Below, one piece after another: positions 41,101 through 53,916 of a DNA stretch of 64,000 nucleotides (position 1 is its first letter; every line of letters starts with the position of its first letter). This stretch comes from Adineta vaga. Taxonomy: Eukaryota; Animalia; Rotifera. The stretch is from the NCBI GenBank assembly GCA_021613535.1, contig CP075496.1, positions 10,974,001 to 11,038,000 on the forward strand, in the 5' to 3' direction. The notes under the pieces were generated by a model that worked only from the letters and a program-made list of their open reading frames with translations, was not told where the DNA came from and searched no databases. The position numbers and the translations under genes were made by a program.

Positions 41101-42188
41101 AAAGTGTAATTATAGTTAAAAAAAAGTTATATATATATATAATAGTCAGACATATCTGAATGCGTAGGACGCAATATTATAAATAAAGAACTATGCTTAA
41201 TTTGACAATCCACCCCCGTTTTTCGAAGGAAATAATGGTGAAGAACCAATGATTTTTATCTTCCATGATTCTGATCATATTCGATGGTAAATCATGCGAT
41301 GAAAAAAGAAACATTAAATTGCCATTCTTTTGTTTTGTTTTTTTATCAAATGAAGTATTTTAACGATACATTAATCATGATTTCGTTTTTTCGATTTTTT
41401 TTCAAAAGGAAACCTTCGATTTTTATTTGATGCATGTTATTACTACTTCATTTATTTAAACAAACATGTTTAGAATTCTTTCAAGTACTCGATAGTTTAT
41501 TCTATTGAATAATACTAATTTAAACTTTTAATTTTCCTTTTTATGAACTAATTCGAATAGATTTGTGTGTATATTTCTCAAGTAATGATTGCCTGATAGA
41601 AAATCGTTTCGTGAATCTACGGAATTCAAGAATAAAAAAGAAATTTAAATTGAAAGAGAGTTTGTTTCTTTCTTCAATATAGTTGTAGGAAAAAAATGTG
41701 AAGTATATGATAAACACTATTTGATTTTTGTCTACCTTCGTAGCGGTGTTTTCATCGTGTTTAAAAAGAAAGTAATGATACACCTTCTTTATTCGACGAA
41801 TGATGAAGGTTGTTGACTTTCACACCTTTTCCAGTTTCTTTTTCTTCTTCTCTTTTTATGTAACATTGAAATATTTTTTCTAGAATGAATCACTTTTTGT
41901 TATAAACGCCTGATAAATAAGCTGATCGTGCAAGTTAAGAACGATAATATCTATGCGCCAACTTGCCTTCTTCGCTCTCTCTCGCTCTTTTACTGCCTTT
42001 TTTCTCTAAAATCTCCCTGACAACGTCACTCTCATCATTTCTCTTTAAATAATCGAGAGCATTTGTAAGATTTCTTATTAGAAAATAATTTCCTGCACGA
42101 ACAAGTAAAGAAGTAGAAAAAGTGGCAAAATGATTATTTTTAGTTTTCTTTTTCAGAAATCAATTGTTATTTTTACTTAATCAAAAAA

Positions 42189-42866
42189 ATGGCATCAGGT
42201 GGTAATAGTGATTTAAAAGAAGCATTCGACAAGTATTCGAAATTCGGCAAAACTGAAGCTCAATTGAAAGAAAAGGATGTTCGAATTGAATCAAAAAATA
42301 TTCAAAAAATGATGAAAGATGGCGGTATTGTTGATAGTAAATATACTACTCAATTACTTGATAATGATATTGCACGTGTACTTGGAAAACTAACAACGGG
42401 TGGAACTTATCAAAAAGGCATGTAAGTTGAAATGAAATAGATTTCGTTCTTTTTATTTTCCTTATTGTATTAATATATGTAAATATTATTTTAGTAAAAC
42501 ATTTGAATTAAATGGTTTCAAACAACTGATTGATCAAATAGCAGACTCGAAAAAAACAACGGCTGATCATATTATTTCACAAATTAGTTCAACAGGTGGT
42601 CCAAGTTTAGTTCATGTTACGGTACGAAATGATTTTCTTTTGCTTGATGAATTATATATATTCTTTTCATATGTATTTAATAGGGTACAGCAAATAAGAA
42701 TATAACTGATCGTATGACAGATACAAGTCATTATACAGGCTCACATAAGGAACGTTTCGATGCTGAAGGCCATGGCAAAGGCAAAGAAGGTCGCGCCGAT
42801 GAAGCAAAAGCTAGTGGTTATGTTGGAAATTATAAAGGAGAAGGAACATATGATAAAAAAAAATAA
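42189..42866 (+). CDS. TPPP: Tubulin polymerization-promoting protein (TPPP/p25-alpha)
   Basis: Three exons. C-terminal signature [28 protein letters not shown]...[17 protein letters not shown]. Confidence 0.93.
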
Positions 42867-43585
42867 AGACGAATTCTTCAATCAAGATATTTAAAAACTT
42901 CTAAATATTTCTATGAACATATATATATGTGTCTATGTTTTGTGTATTGATCTTTTTATGTGATAATATTTTTCCTCAGTTGTATCTGTCTTATTCATGG
43001 CAATTTCTATAATAATCTTTCACATCTAGTAGTATAAAGACATTAGTAAAATGCACGGAAAATTGAAATAATTTCTTCATATATCTTTGCATAAGATTTC
43101 CTGACAAAAGAAAAGGACAATGATGTGAAACAATGACGACAACCTTAGCTGCTCTATTCTATTGTACACGCAACAAGAAAAAAAACTAGACTGTCTATAA
43201 TCATATTCTTCTCTTTTTTTCTCGTAATATACAAACGACGACTGAGAGAGTGAAAAAGAAATACTGACGTAAGTAAAGCAGGAAAGAAAGAAAGGAAGAA
43301 AAATGAAAATCGTAAATATTTTTTTATCGAATCTATATATATACATATAGGAATACATCTATCGTTTTTTAAAAGAAGCTCAAATTTTTTCCTTCTTCAC
43401 TCTTAATTGTTTACTGATTCGATAATATTATATTATCATCGTCTTAATCAATATTTAACAAGAATACTTGTTTCTGTTCTGCTGTCATTGTTACTTAATT
43501 GCTTCAAGTAAGTTTTTGCCGATCGACGACTTCTTTCTTTTACCATTTCCCTCCTCCGCCTCTCCCTCTCCCTCTCTCTCTTTCG

Positions 43586-43599
43586 TCATGACGTCATGA
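43586..43599. promoter_or_regulatory. 14-bp perfect palindrome TCATGACGTCATGA containing a full CRE, upstream of the bZIP ATG (probable first intron)
   Basis: Read directly; TGACGTCA is the CREB/ATF consensus. Confidence 0.6.
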
Positions 43600-44083
43600 A
43601 TGTTGGTGGAAAAAAGTTTTCTCAGTTATCATAGACATGAAAGATTAGGTAATATGTCATAATTTTTTATGACGAAAATAGAGTGAAAAAAAAAACATGT
43701 AATGTTGTGCTCATTTGTGTTTATTTTATATAATTGGGAATTTAGGGCTCGATATTTGAGATAAATCATTTGAAGAAAAGAGATAAAAACGAACAACATA
43801 AATCTGATTTTATGTTTTGATAGTTCGAATGATAATGAATTTTTCAAATATTTTACTTATGAATAACTACTGTAATCATTTTACCTCCGCCTTCACATAC
43901 CATCTACCTTATAGTTTGTTTCTTTTAGTGTAGGCGGTGCCGATAAGTTCTTTTTCGTTCTGTTATTTTTTTCTCCCACGGATGTCTTTTTATTCCAATC
44001 AATAAATGTTTTTTGTTCTCTAATAAAGATGTATATCTGAATATGATGTAATTCTTTTCTTTTCTAGTTATTTTCAAAAGCTG

Positions 44084-45154
44084 ATGAATTCAACCATTGA
44101 TAGCAAGACAATGTCATCAATGAAATCATCGTGTGTAAAATTTGAAACGATTGATTCTATCATTACTTATTTGAGAGCACCTTCACCACCAGAAGTAGTT
44201 TCTTCATCAACTACTTCTACAGTAATCGGTTCTACAGAATTCAATAATGGATCAAAAGCAACAACAAAAAACAAAAAGGAAAAAGAGCTAGGGCAAACAA
44301 AGGTCGAAGGTTCTGTGGAAGTTCTCGCATCGGGTCGTGTCAAGTAAAAAAGAAAAACTTGTTTTACAATAAATAATTATAAGAGTTTATATTAACTTAT
44401 TAGATATGGTCCGATAACTGTCAACCCACGTAAACAACCGTCTAAAACATTATTTACAGGACGTCGCTCGAAGTATGAATTTCTAACTGGTGATGATGAG
44501 CAAAGACGTCGTGTACGACGCGAACGTAATCGTGTTGCTGCAACAAAATGTCGTGAAAAACGTGAGAATGTTTTAGCATATCTTGAAATGGAACATTATA
44601 AGGAAACAGAACAATACAATCGTCTTCAACAAATGATTACGCAATTGAAACAACGTAAACAAAATCTTGAATCAGCATTTTCCAATCATTTAATTCATCA
44701 TGCATCACAACAGATAAATCCAACACCACTAAAACCATCAACGGCCTTTGGTGATCCAACTTTTCTTACAAATACTATAGAAACATCAGTTCTACCACTT
44801 CCTTCTCATCCATCACATATGATTTCTCATGATGAGAAGGAATTTAATAATTTTCTTCAACCAATATCAACACAATCCGTATTAACAAATTCAGCTTATA
44901 TTTCAGATCAACCGAATGGTTGTTTTCCAAATGACCAAGAATCTCAACAACAAATATTTTCGATGTATTCGAGTAGTATCAAACTTCTTATTAATAATTT
45001 ATCACCTCTATCATCAAATATTGATAGTAATAATAATGATTGTTCGGGTTTGTTTAATTCAGCATATGGAACATCAACATGTGCTCAGCAACATTCTAGT
45101 TCTAGTGAAGATGATTCCTTACCATCAATGCATAAAAATTCTTACGTATATTGA
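44084..45154 (+). CDS. Fos/ATF3-like bZIP transcription factor
   Basis: Exons 44084-44343 and 44404-45154. Basic region EQRRRVRRERNRVAATKCREKR followed by a heptad leucine zipper. Confidence 0.88.
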
Positions 45155-45260
45155 TGAAAACAATTCATTAATGACGCATTTAATCAATTAACTTTAACAC
45201 TCATTCATTCTCTTCATTGATTTCTAGTCTTCACTGACAAACTTGCAATGATCTCTTCGT

Positions 45261-45303
<43 letters not shown>
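45261..45303. repeat. (TCTT)n microsatellite, about 10-11 copies
   Basis: Read directly; lies between the convergent bZIP and calaxin-like genes. Confidence 0.9.
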
Positions 45304-45500
45304 GTCATAAATGTTTCCTTTTTACTAATCCTGATATCAAGACTAGACATTTCGGATGATCTTAATACCTATATATTAAAACCAATCAAACTGTTCTTTC
45401 TTTCATTGTGCGATTATGTTACTATTTGTGTTTTCTTTAGTTTCTCAATAAAGTTGCTTATGAAACAACGAAGATCGAATTCGTGTTTTTTTTTTCGTGT

Positions 45501-46145
45501 CTATTTGATGTATTTTTCTTTTTTTGATATAATTGATATATGTCCATTAAGCATAGATTTAACAATATGTTTTCGAAAAAGACGTGGTAGAACTTGACCA
45601 AAACATTGTATTAATGTGGGATTTTCTTGACATGTTCGATAATAATCATCAAAACTAATAACACCATCATGATCTTTATCAAATTTTTTAAATATTAATG
45701 TAATAAATTCATGTAAAATTAAGTCAGCATCTTCTTTTTCATTCATAATTGGTAGATCTTTTCGTAGAAATGTAAATAATTCTTCTCGTTGTAAATTTCC
45801 ATCAGCACTGACATCATAGACACGAAAAATAAATTTTATTTGTTCTTCAATTGATGCATATAATAATAAATTAATGGCGGATAAAAATTGTTTTAACGAT
45901 AGTGTTTTTTCACCTTGTCCAGTCAATATAAATAAACGTTCGACGATCGTTTCATCATTAAGATCAAATATTGTGGATAAAAAATCACGAAAATATTCTC
46001 GTGTTAATTGATAATTATCATCACATAATTTATGAAATATTAACGTTAAACGATTTATTTCAATTCCAGCTTCATCAAAATTTAATGAAGATAAAAATGT
46101 TCGATCAAATTTCTTTTGTTCAGCTTGTAAACGACGTAACGGCAT
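45501..46145 (-). CDS. Calaxin/EFCAB1-like EF-hand protein
   Basis: Intronless. EEQIKFIFRVYDVSADGNLQREE, DKDHDGVISFDD, and C-terminal LIQCFGQVLP resembling calaxin LLEAFGPCLP. Confidence 0.8.
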   Translation of the reverse strand: MPLRRLQAEQKKFDRTFLSSLNFDEAGIEINRLTLIFHKLCDDNYQLTREYFRDFLSTIFDLNDETIVERLFILTGQGEKTLSLKQFLSAINLLLYASIEEQIKFIFRVYDVSADGNLQREELFTFLRKDLPIMNEKEDADLILHEFITLIFKKFDKDHDGVISFDDYYRTCQENPTLIQCFGQVLPRLFRKHIVKSMLNGHISIISKKEKYIK

Positions 46146-46556
46146 TTTATTTTCATAAATTATGCGCGAAAATATCTATTTCTCTAATACAATGAACAAT
46201 CGAAATGTATATATATATAGATATTCAAATTTGATCTTTCAAGCATTGATATTTTTAACAAAAGCTTTTCTTTTCTATTGATTTGTCATTCAAATGGATT
46301 TTAAAGACAAGTCTCTCTTCAATTATAAAGTACACTTCAACTGTCTCATATCTTTACATATATATTAGTGACATCTCGTATTCATTTATTCTTTTCAGTT
46401 CTTTGTGATATAGAATATTCTCGAATAATGTTGAGAAATTTAATAGAATTATTGAATTGAATATCGAAAGAGTTTATTTCAAACGGATCGATAATACAAA
46501 TGATAGAACGGTGAAAAAACATTGAACTATAAATGATTTTCTGTGTTTGTAACCGT

Positions 46557-47798
46557 TTAAAACAGTCGAGCTCCATAACCAAATATTGATTTGATACTTT
46601 CAAAATAGAAACGTTTCCATCCTTCCTAGAATAGTCAGAAAATGAAATGGAATAAGAAACAATAATGAACTCTATAAGAACTTACCATTGTATTGTCATA
46701 GAATTGCGTTGGTACACCAGTTTGTTGTACGATTAACTTGGTTTGTTCTGTATCATCCTGAAAGATTAATGAAACGTGTGAATAATGTTCCCTAGGCCAT
46801 GATTTAAAACGCCACATCATATCAATACGATCACAAGGTATAATCTCAAGAAAACTTCCAGTTATATTATCACCAAATAATGAAAATTTTCCACCCTGTT
46901 GACAATCATACTGTGAAACGCTATTTTGTGTAAATGCTCTGACCATATTAATATCTGTAAATGCTTGAAATAATTCTGATCTTGGACATTTAAATGTATC
47001 TTCGACATGTAACTCTCGTGTTTCAAATGATGTTGATGTACCAGTCGCTGATGATGATTGAGAAGTTGAGGAAGATTTTGATGACGTTGCAGTATTTGTA
47101 TTAATTGAGGATGATGTTGAAACGGTTTTCGTGTTTGTAGTAGTAGAAGAATTTTTTGTCGGTAAAATAAGACCTTGAGAGAATTCTTCTTTGAGCTTAC
47201 GAACATATTCACCAAGTTTTTCTCGTATAATAGGTTCACCTTTTTGTTTCATCATTTCTTTTAATTTATCACCTTTTGATTTTTCAACTGAAAATGTTAT
47301 ATTCACTTCATGAATTTCATTCTCATCAGATAGATTTGGTACTTCAAATCCGCCTTCAAATTTTGTTCGATTTTCACCGGTACGAACTGATCCTTCCCAT
47401 TTACCTTCTATATGCCATTCATACTAAAATTTTAGAAAAAAAAATAATATCATTTTAATTAATATTATCATTGGTTTTTCTTTCTTCTTCTTACAAGAAA
47501 AACAAGTTTAGCCTTGCGATTATTTGCTGATGCTTCACCATCACATTTTTTCAATTCTTTTACTTCACAAATAAACTGTTCATCTTCAACTTTAAGACCT
47601 ATTAATAATTCATTCAATTTATCTTTTGACCACTGTGTAGCATTCTTTTCTTTCCAATGCCAATTATTTGGATTTGTAGCTGAAAGAAAAAAGTAATTTC
47701 ATTGAATTTACACAATACCAGTTCAGATTTATTTTCTACATACCATCAGGACGTTCTTCAACAATCCAACGTGGATCACCTTTTCCCCATTCAGCCAT
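46557..47798 (-). CDS. AHSA1: Activator of Hsp90 ATPase (Aha1)
   Basis: MAEWGKGDPRWIVEERPD-ATNPNNWHWKEKNA, NNRKAKL, PNLSDEN, START-like domain WRFKSWP, and end EGWKRFYFESIKSIFGYGARLF*. Confidence 0.95.
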
Positions 47799-48067
47799 TA
47801 CTTGATAAGTTTAATCTCTATTAAGAATTAATAATGCAGAGAAATGTTCAAACAAGCTCCTTTAGAAATGAGTTATTCAACAATCCGTCGGCCGCGTCGT
47901 TTGAATAGAAATGATTTCAATGACTTCTATCTGATTCGTTTTTAAAAACCAATAGAAGACAAACACGATTGGTTTTTTTTGTAGCCAATGATACGTATTA
48001 TATATTTTTTCATTCGCTATCTAATAACCAATTACATTTCGAAACTTATTGACATGACGTGATCATT

Positions 48068-48091
48068 TACGTACGTACGTACGTACGTACG
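48068..48091. repeat. (TACG)6 self-complementary tandem repeat
   Basis: Read directly; about 270 nt upstream of the AHSA1 ATG. Confidence 0.9.
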
Positions 48092-48993
48092 CATGAGCAT
48101 TTTCCAGCCAGAACAACACTTGATGAAAAGTTTTTTTCTCTTTCTTATAAAAATCAAAGAAATACTAAATCTATAATTAGATGTATTCAGTTTACGTCAT
48201 CGTTCACACTCTCAATTTGAATCTCTGACTGCTGGTTATGAACAAGATAATAAGCGTTCAATTTTCACATAAATTTGCCGTATTATCACTTGGCAGTCTA
48301 AATTGAAATTTTCACAGCTATATAAAATGTATCCACGAAGATCAACTTTCATTTAATTGTAATCGAATTTGCATAAAAATATTTTTGCGTAGAATTAAGC
48401 AATTTCTTTCTGATGAAAAGTTTGAAGTTGATGTTTTTATTATTGTCTAGATTCACTGCGGGATTTAAAGTATCCAAGGGAAACAACTACAATTCATTTT
48501 CATAGTCCACTTTTAAAAGAACAAATATACTAAAGATGTTGCATACTTTGTAGATTTTATTATAAAATTATACGTGAAATTAAAAAAATATCAAAAGTGA
48601 TCAAGGTCGATATTCTTTTAAGATAATATAGTGAATAAAAGTGTACTGAGAACTTTGAAAGGTTTTCGTTTCTACTTTCAGGATATCACATTACGTAAAT
48701 ATTAAATTATCGATATCGTTTAAACATATTGTTCGGCTCTTATTATCGTTCATTAGCGATACTCAATTTTGCATAAAATAATATCGTAATAAAAAGCTTA
48801 GCAGTACAGAAAAACAAGAAGTTTGTATTAAAACCATCTTTTACAATTTTTGTGTTCTTGATTCATTTTTTAATGTTACTATACACACTTGTTTTACAGT
48901 CGTCAACGTATAGGTAAATATTTCATTAATGAGTCATATCAATTCTCCTTTTACCAATGAATAATCTCATGTTTGTATGGACATTTACAAAAA

Positions 48994-49824
48994 ATGACGT
49001 CGAAATCAACAGTCGATATTCAACGCAATGCTTACGAACAATTATATTCAAAACATCAGACTACTAGACGAGAACATCAAGTCGACCTCGTTAAATCAAT
49101 ACAATATTTAAACGAAGAAGTACAAACTGCTTTGAGAGAAGATAAAAACACATATGAAAAAGCAATGGAAGACTATCATCAAGAATTTAATATTTTCAAG
49201 CGTATCTTTACCAGTGCAGCTTCAGAACATCAAAAACAAGCTGTTTTACCTGTGAAAGAAATATATCATGAACGAAAAGATCTTGCTAATAAAATTGTTG
49301 AATTACTTAATGAAACAATAGCTGAAACAAATCTCATTGAAACACGTAAATATTGGAATGGTTCAATTGCAGTTGTATATAATCCACTTACTGGTCGTGC
49401 TGAATGGAAACAAAATTGGCATGGTGGTATTCATGGTGTATTTAATCCTTCGACTGGTATCATCGAATGGCAACAAGAATTTCATCATGGTGTTTATGGA
49501 GTTTTTAATCCGAAATTGAATGTTGTCGAATGGAAGAATCATTTTAATGGTGGTATACATGGCGTGTATAATCCTTCTACAGGTATTATAGAATGGAAAT
49601 CAAGTTTTCATTCTGGTGTTGGAGGTGTATATAATCCACTTACTGGACAGGTAGAGTGGAAAACAAGTTTACATGGTGGCGTTGTTGGATATTTTAATTC
49701 TCAAACACAACAAGTTGAATGGTTAGAGTCGACATGGCATCATGGTATTGCTCTTATTCATTGGGATTCAAATTCTAAAACTTATTTAACTACTGCTAGC
49801 TGTGGTTGGTTTGATAATGAATAA
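48994..49824 (+). CDS. Intronless protein with an N-terminal helical/coiled-coil region and 6-7 tandem 21-aa Trp/His/Gly repeats
   Basis: Open frame from the ATG at 48994. Repeat consensus W-[KQ]-x-x-[FW]-H-x-G-[IV]-x-G-V-[YF]-N-P-x-T-G-x-[IV]-E, at 49342-49719. Confidence 0.85.
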   Translation: MTSKSTVDIQRNAYEQLYSKHQTTRREHQVDLVKSIQYLNEEVQTALREDKNTYEKAMEDYHQEFNIFKRIFTSAASEHQKQAVLPVKEIYHERKDLANKIVELLNETIAETNLIETRKYWNGSIAVVYNPLTGRAEWKQNWHGGIHGVFNPSTGIIEWQQEFHHGVYGVFNPKLNVVEWKNHFNGGIHGVYNPSTGIIEWKSSFHSGVGGVYNPLTGQVEWKTSLHGGVVGYFNSQTQQVEWLESTWHHGIALIHWDSNSKTYLTTASCGWFDNE

Positions 49825-50885
49825 GAAAAACATAAAAAGATCTATTTGATTTTGTATTTATTCCTTTTTCTTTCTTTGAATATCACAATTATAGCTTGAT
49901 TCTTATTATTTCATCTTTTATCTATGTAACAAATGAATTACGTCATGTTGTAAATAAAGTTCTGCTTCTGACACTGTCGCAATTCACAATTATTGTTCAA
50001 GAAGTGGTCTTCGAATTGTTCTGATTAGCATAATGATTTTTGAAGAATGTTTCGCAATATTTTTTCTATTGCATTTATAATAACAGCTTGATTGTTATCG
50101 TACAATACCAATAGACGAATAACTCATTTTGTCATGTTGTCGAACTTGTCTTTTACAACGCAATTCAATTATAAAGAAAGAACAATAGTTGAAGTCGAGA
50201 CGATTAGTGTTATGTTTTATTTTTGTTTTCATAACTCTACAATTGATTGAACAAGTCATTCTTATTCTTCATATGTCATCATAAATTATAGTATAGTCGA
50301 TGATCTCTCATGTTTAAAATACATATTTTTATGTTATTCAAAATAGGGAAGAAGATAATCTAAATTTACTCTTTACTACATTAACATGTTTTAAATAAAC
50401 GATTTTATTATTGAAACATAGGCAATTATGTAAATTTTTTGCATGAACAATGTACGTGAGAAATTTGATTTGGACGTGTCAAATCGAGATATACATCTTA
50501 ATTTACTAAAAATGATAAAAATCTAAATGAAAATAAATTGATCAACACCACTCTTTTCTACATAAAGAATTAACACTATTGTTATTATTTTCTTTCAGAA
50601 GAATTTATTCGTCATCTTTGATTATCTAAATACAGCATCGCTTTCTAAATGGTCATAAAAGAGCGAGAGAAAAAAAATGTATATACACATATAAACATAT
50701 ATCGGCTAGACGAGACTGCACATATATTCTCTTCTCTTCTGATCACGCCTATTCATTCATTTCTATTCAACAATTTGTTCATACATCAGTCACAGTCACT
50801 AAGGACAATAATAAAAAGTAAGATATTCCATTACTATTTTTCAAATAATTTCTTCTGTAATTTTTAGTTAATCCTCATTTTTCCA

Positions 50886-51962
50886 ATGTCTATGAATAAT
50901 AATAATACTAATAACAATAGAAAACTTCTTTTTTCAAATTTATCTTATAAAACCAATGAACAAACATTAATGAACTTGTTTTTAATTTATGGTTGCATAG
51001 AAGAATTACATTTAGATAAAGATGATCAAGATCAATCATTACGTAAAGGTTTTCTTGTTTATCAAGATATTGATTCTTTAAATAAAGTCATGTTCAAAAG
51101 GCCACATATTCTTGACAATAGACAAATTCATCTTCAACGAGAAATTCCTAATCAATATCGAAATAGTACACAAAATCTATCTGAACAAATGGGTTTAAAT
51201 TTAACAGTCAATGAAATCTTTATTAGTCGTTTATGTTCGGGAGAAAAACGTGAAATGTTTATAAATTATTTTCAATCATTTGGAAATATAATTGATTGTC
51301 GAGTATTTAATACTTATTCACAAAATCCTCGCCAAACAGGTTATGCATTTTTACGTTTCGCAGACTACGATAGTGTTGGTAAGGTTCAACTTAATATGAA
51401 AATTCAATTGAATATATTTCTTTCTATTTAGATCAAATTATTCTTTCAAGACCACATGTAATCAATTCCAAATTTTATCACATCAGAAAATGTATACCAA
51501 GAGAATATAATTTTATCCTATCGTCAACAAAACCTATCAGTCAAAGTAAACAAATCTGGCGTCATTTTGGATTCGGTTTAATCAATATGAAAACACATGA
51601 AATTACTTATCCATCTTTACCTTCTATTCGGTAAGTGTAAAATTTTGATTTTCGGTAAAACAAAACCGAAGATTCAATGGAATTATGTTTATAGACATGA
51701 AAAAGTTCAATCTTCATCGAATGGTTTTACAATGATTGATCCACCTGCATTAACTGTTTCCGTTGATCGAACAGAATTGAAAAAAACTTCTATAAATGAT
51801 TTTGAAATTGTTACAAATCATTCTCTATCATCCAGTAGTATTTCAATTGTCGATTCCAATGATGATTTTACTCCATTAGCATCACCACTCTATTCAACAG
51901 CTATTGCTTATTCACCAACAGCATTTGATAATGATGTTCATAAAAATTATGAATTGATCTAA
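50886..51962 (+). CDS. Two-RRM RNA-binding protein (divergent hnRNP A/B / Musashi-like)
   Basis: Exons 50886-51378, 51432-51630 and 51695-51962. RKLLFSNL, RKGFLVY, RPHILDNR; EIFISRL, GYAFLRFADYDSVD. Confidence 0.82.
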
Positions 51963-52274
51963 TTAAAAACGATTTCTTTTTTTTGTGATGATGAATATTT
52001 AAATGGTATCTGTATATATAAATACGATTACCTTTCTCTTTATATGATCGGATGTCATCAATCTTAATCTTATTGTTTCTTTTTCATAAAATTTGCTTTT
52101 CTTTTCATTCATATTAATGTGTATCTATATTTGGTAAATAATAAATAGTATATGAATAAGATTTCTTTGTTCGAATTGCTTTCATTTGAAAACTAGTCAA
52201 GTGTAATAACTTTCTGACGCAGTTACTTTTCCTTCGTTGATAATATTTAGATTATTCACTAACGATTTAACAAG

Positions 52275-52412
52275 ATGGAAGATATATGCACTTGTGAATG
52301 TCATAGAAATCCTGGTGTCCGACATATAATGGCATGCTGTAGACCTTGCCCAAGATGTCAACAACCGATTACCAATCAGCAATATCAAGCACATATACAA
52401 AAGTGTCGTTAA
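52275..52412 (+). CDS. 45-aa Cys/His-rich zinc-binding microprotein (not in the ORF track)
   Basis: MEDICTCECHRNPGVRHIMACCRPCPRCQQPITNQQYQAHIQKCR*. Good start context (caagATGG), more GC-rich than the flanks, and AATAAA about 105 nt downstream. Confidence 0.7.
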   Translation: MEDICTCECHRNPGVRHIMACCRPCPRCQQPITNQQYQAHIQKCR

Positions 52413-53916
52413 ATATGTTTGAAAGACACTTGAACTGTTTTATCGATATACATGCAAACAACGCTTAACGCTTCCTTTTTACTCAATAGACTGTTTATTT
52501 ATTTTATGATAAGAAAAATAAATATTATAATGTTCTTAAATAAAAACAAAAGCCGATGAAATTCTAAACATGGAGAAGATTTCTTTAAAATAATTATTCA
52601 AAACCCAAAAACATATTCTTTCTAATAAGCTCGATTGAAAATAGTTAGAAAATAAGTTTGTCAGGCAATGGATTATATTATTTCGACTATTTTCTATCTA
52701 CTGACAAAATATTGAATAAAACCGATTATATTATCATAAAAAACAAATTACAATGTATACCCTGGATTAATACGAGAGAATTGATTTCCATGATCATTAA
52801 GACCAAGTTCGTGATTTGGTTCGATAACAAAAACGTATCCATAAAATATTTGCATCTCTGAACAGATGATAGCTCTTTTTTTCTTCAGAAAAAGAAATGA
52901 ACAAGCACTTTCCTACAGCATAGAAATGTATCTTGTATGGATGATTTGATAAATTAACGAACTTGTCTAGAAATAATTGTCATGTGTAATTATGCATATA
53001 AAACTATTTGTTCGTACGATGTTTGTCTCTTGTTGTTAGTTAGTCGAGAGAACTGTCAAGTGAATGTTCTTAGGAGAGAAATTGAACGAACAAAGAATTC
53101 ACATTGTCATCAACTCAATAGATCTTCAGTTAAACTAAGAAATTGATTGGAAAGAATATGTAACATGATGTGTAATTATTCATTACAAATCGGACCGATT
53201 CGTGTTTAATATAAAAACGATGACAATAAAAAACAGAAAATTCTATGCAAAAAGAAAAAGAACTTCTGATTAATAATTGACACTTCATTCACGTACACAA
53301 ATAGTGCTGTTTTTAAATAGTCTCCGGATATGCATACAAAAGACGTGAGAGTAACGAAGAGTCAACAGTGGTGACATAGAGATCATAGATAAAAGAAAAC
53401 TATTCTATAGAGTTTTCTTGACATGACTTTGTATTAATAGTTTTTTTGCTCGTGTATCAAAATTTGGTCTTAATCTTCAATGTTCACCACTATATTACTA
53501 AATAAATATCAATTAATATATAAACGAACGTCCTTTTTCATCTCTTTTGGTTCTACATCCATACAATAACATCACAAGAAAGAAGAAAGATGTAAATGTC
53601 GTTGATGAGAAGATCGAGTGTTTCTAACACGAATCATAATATCGAGACTAGTTTTTCTTCATTGTTAAGAACGCTGAGAGAAAACAGAAATAGCGATCCG
53701 CCTCCGCCTTTTTTTCTACATTTTTTTTTCTTCTTTCTCTTCTCGCGCTCATTCTCGACGGCACGATCGAAGAAAGGACAACAACTAATACTATATATAT
53801 TAGTACGCGAAAAAACATTTCTTCTTCTGTTCTATGTTACTATTATGTGCTCAAGTTAGACAGACGTAGGCATCATTAGAAATATCCGCCTGAAAACTAG
53901 AAGACACACACACACC

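Noticed and set aside
47830-48060. Heat-shock element upstream of AHSA1
   Set aside because: No correctly spaced nGAAnnTTCnnGAAn array was found by eye.
49342-49719. 63-nt periodic DNA resembling a CRISPR array
   Set aside because: The units vary at synonymous positions and lie in one open frame, so this is a coding repeat with no repeat/spacer structure.
52197-52400. Minus-strand 67-aa ORF in the track
   Set aside because: Better explained as the antisense shadow of the plus-strand Cys/His microprotein at 52275-52412.
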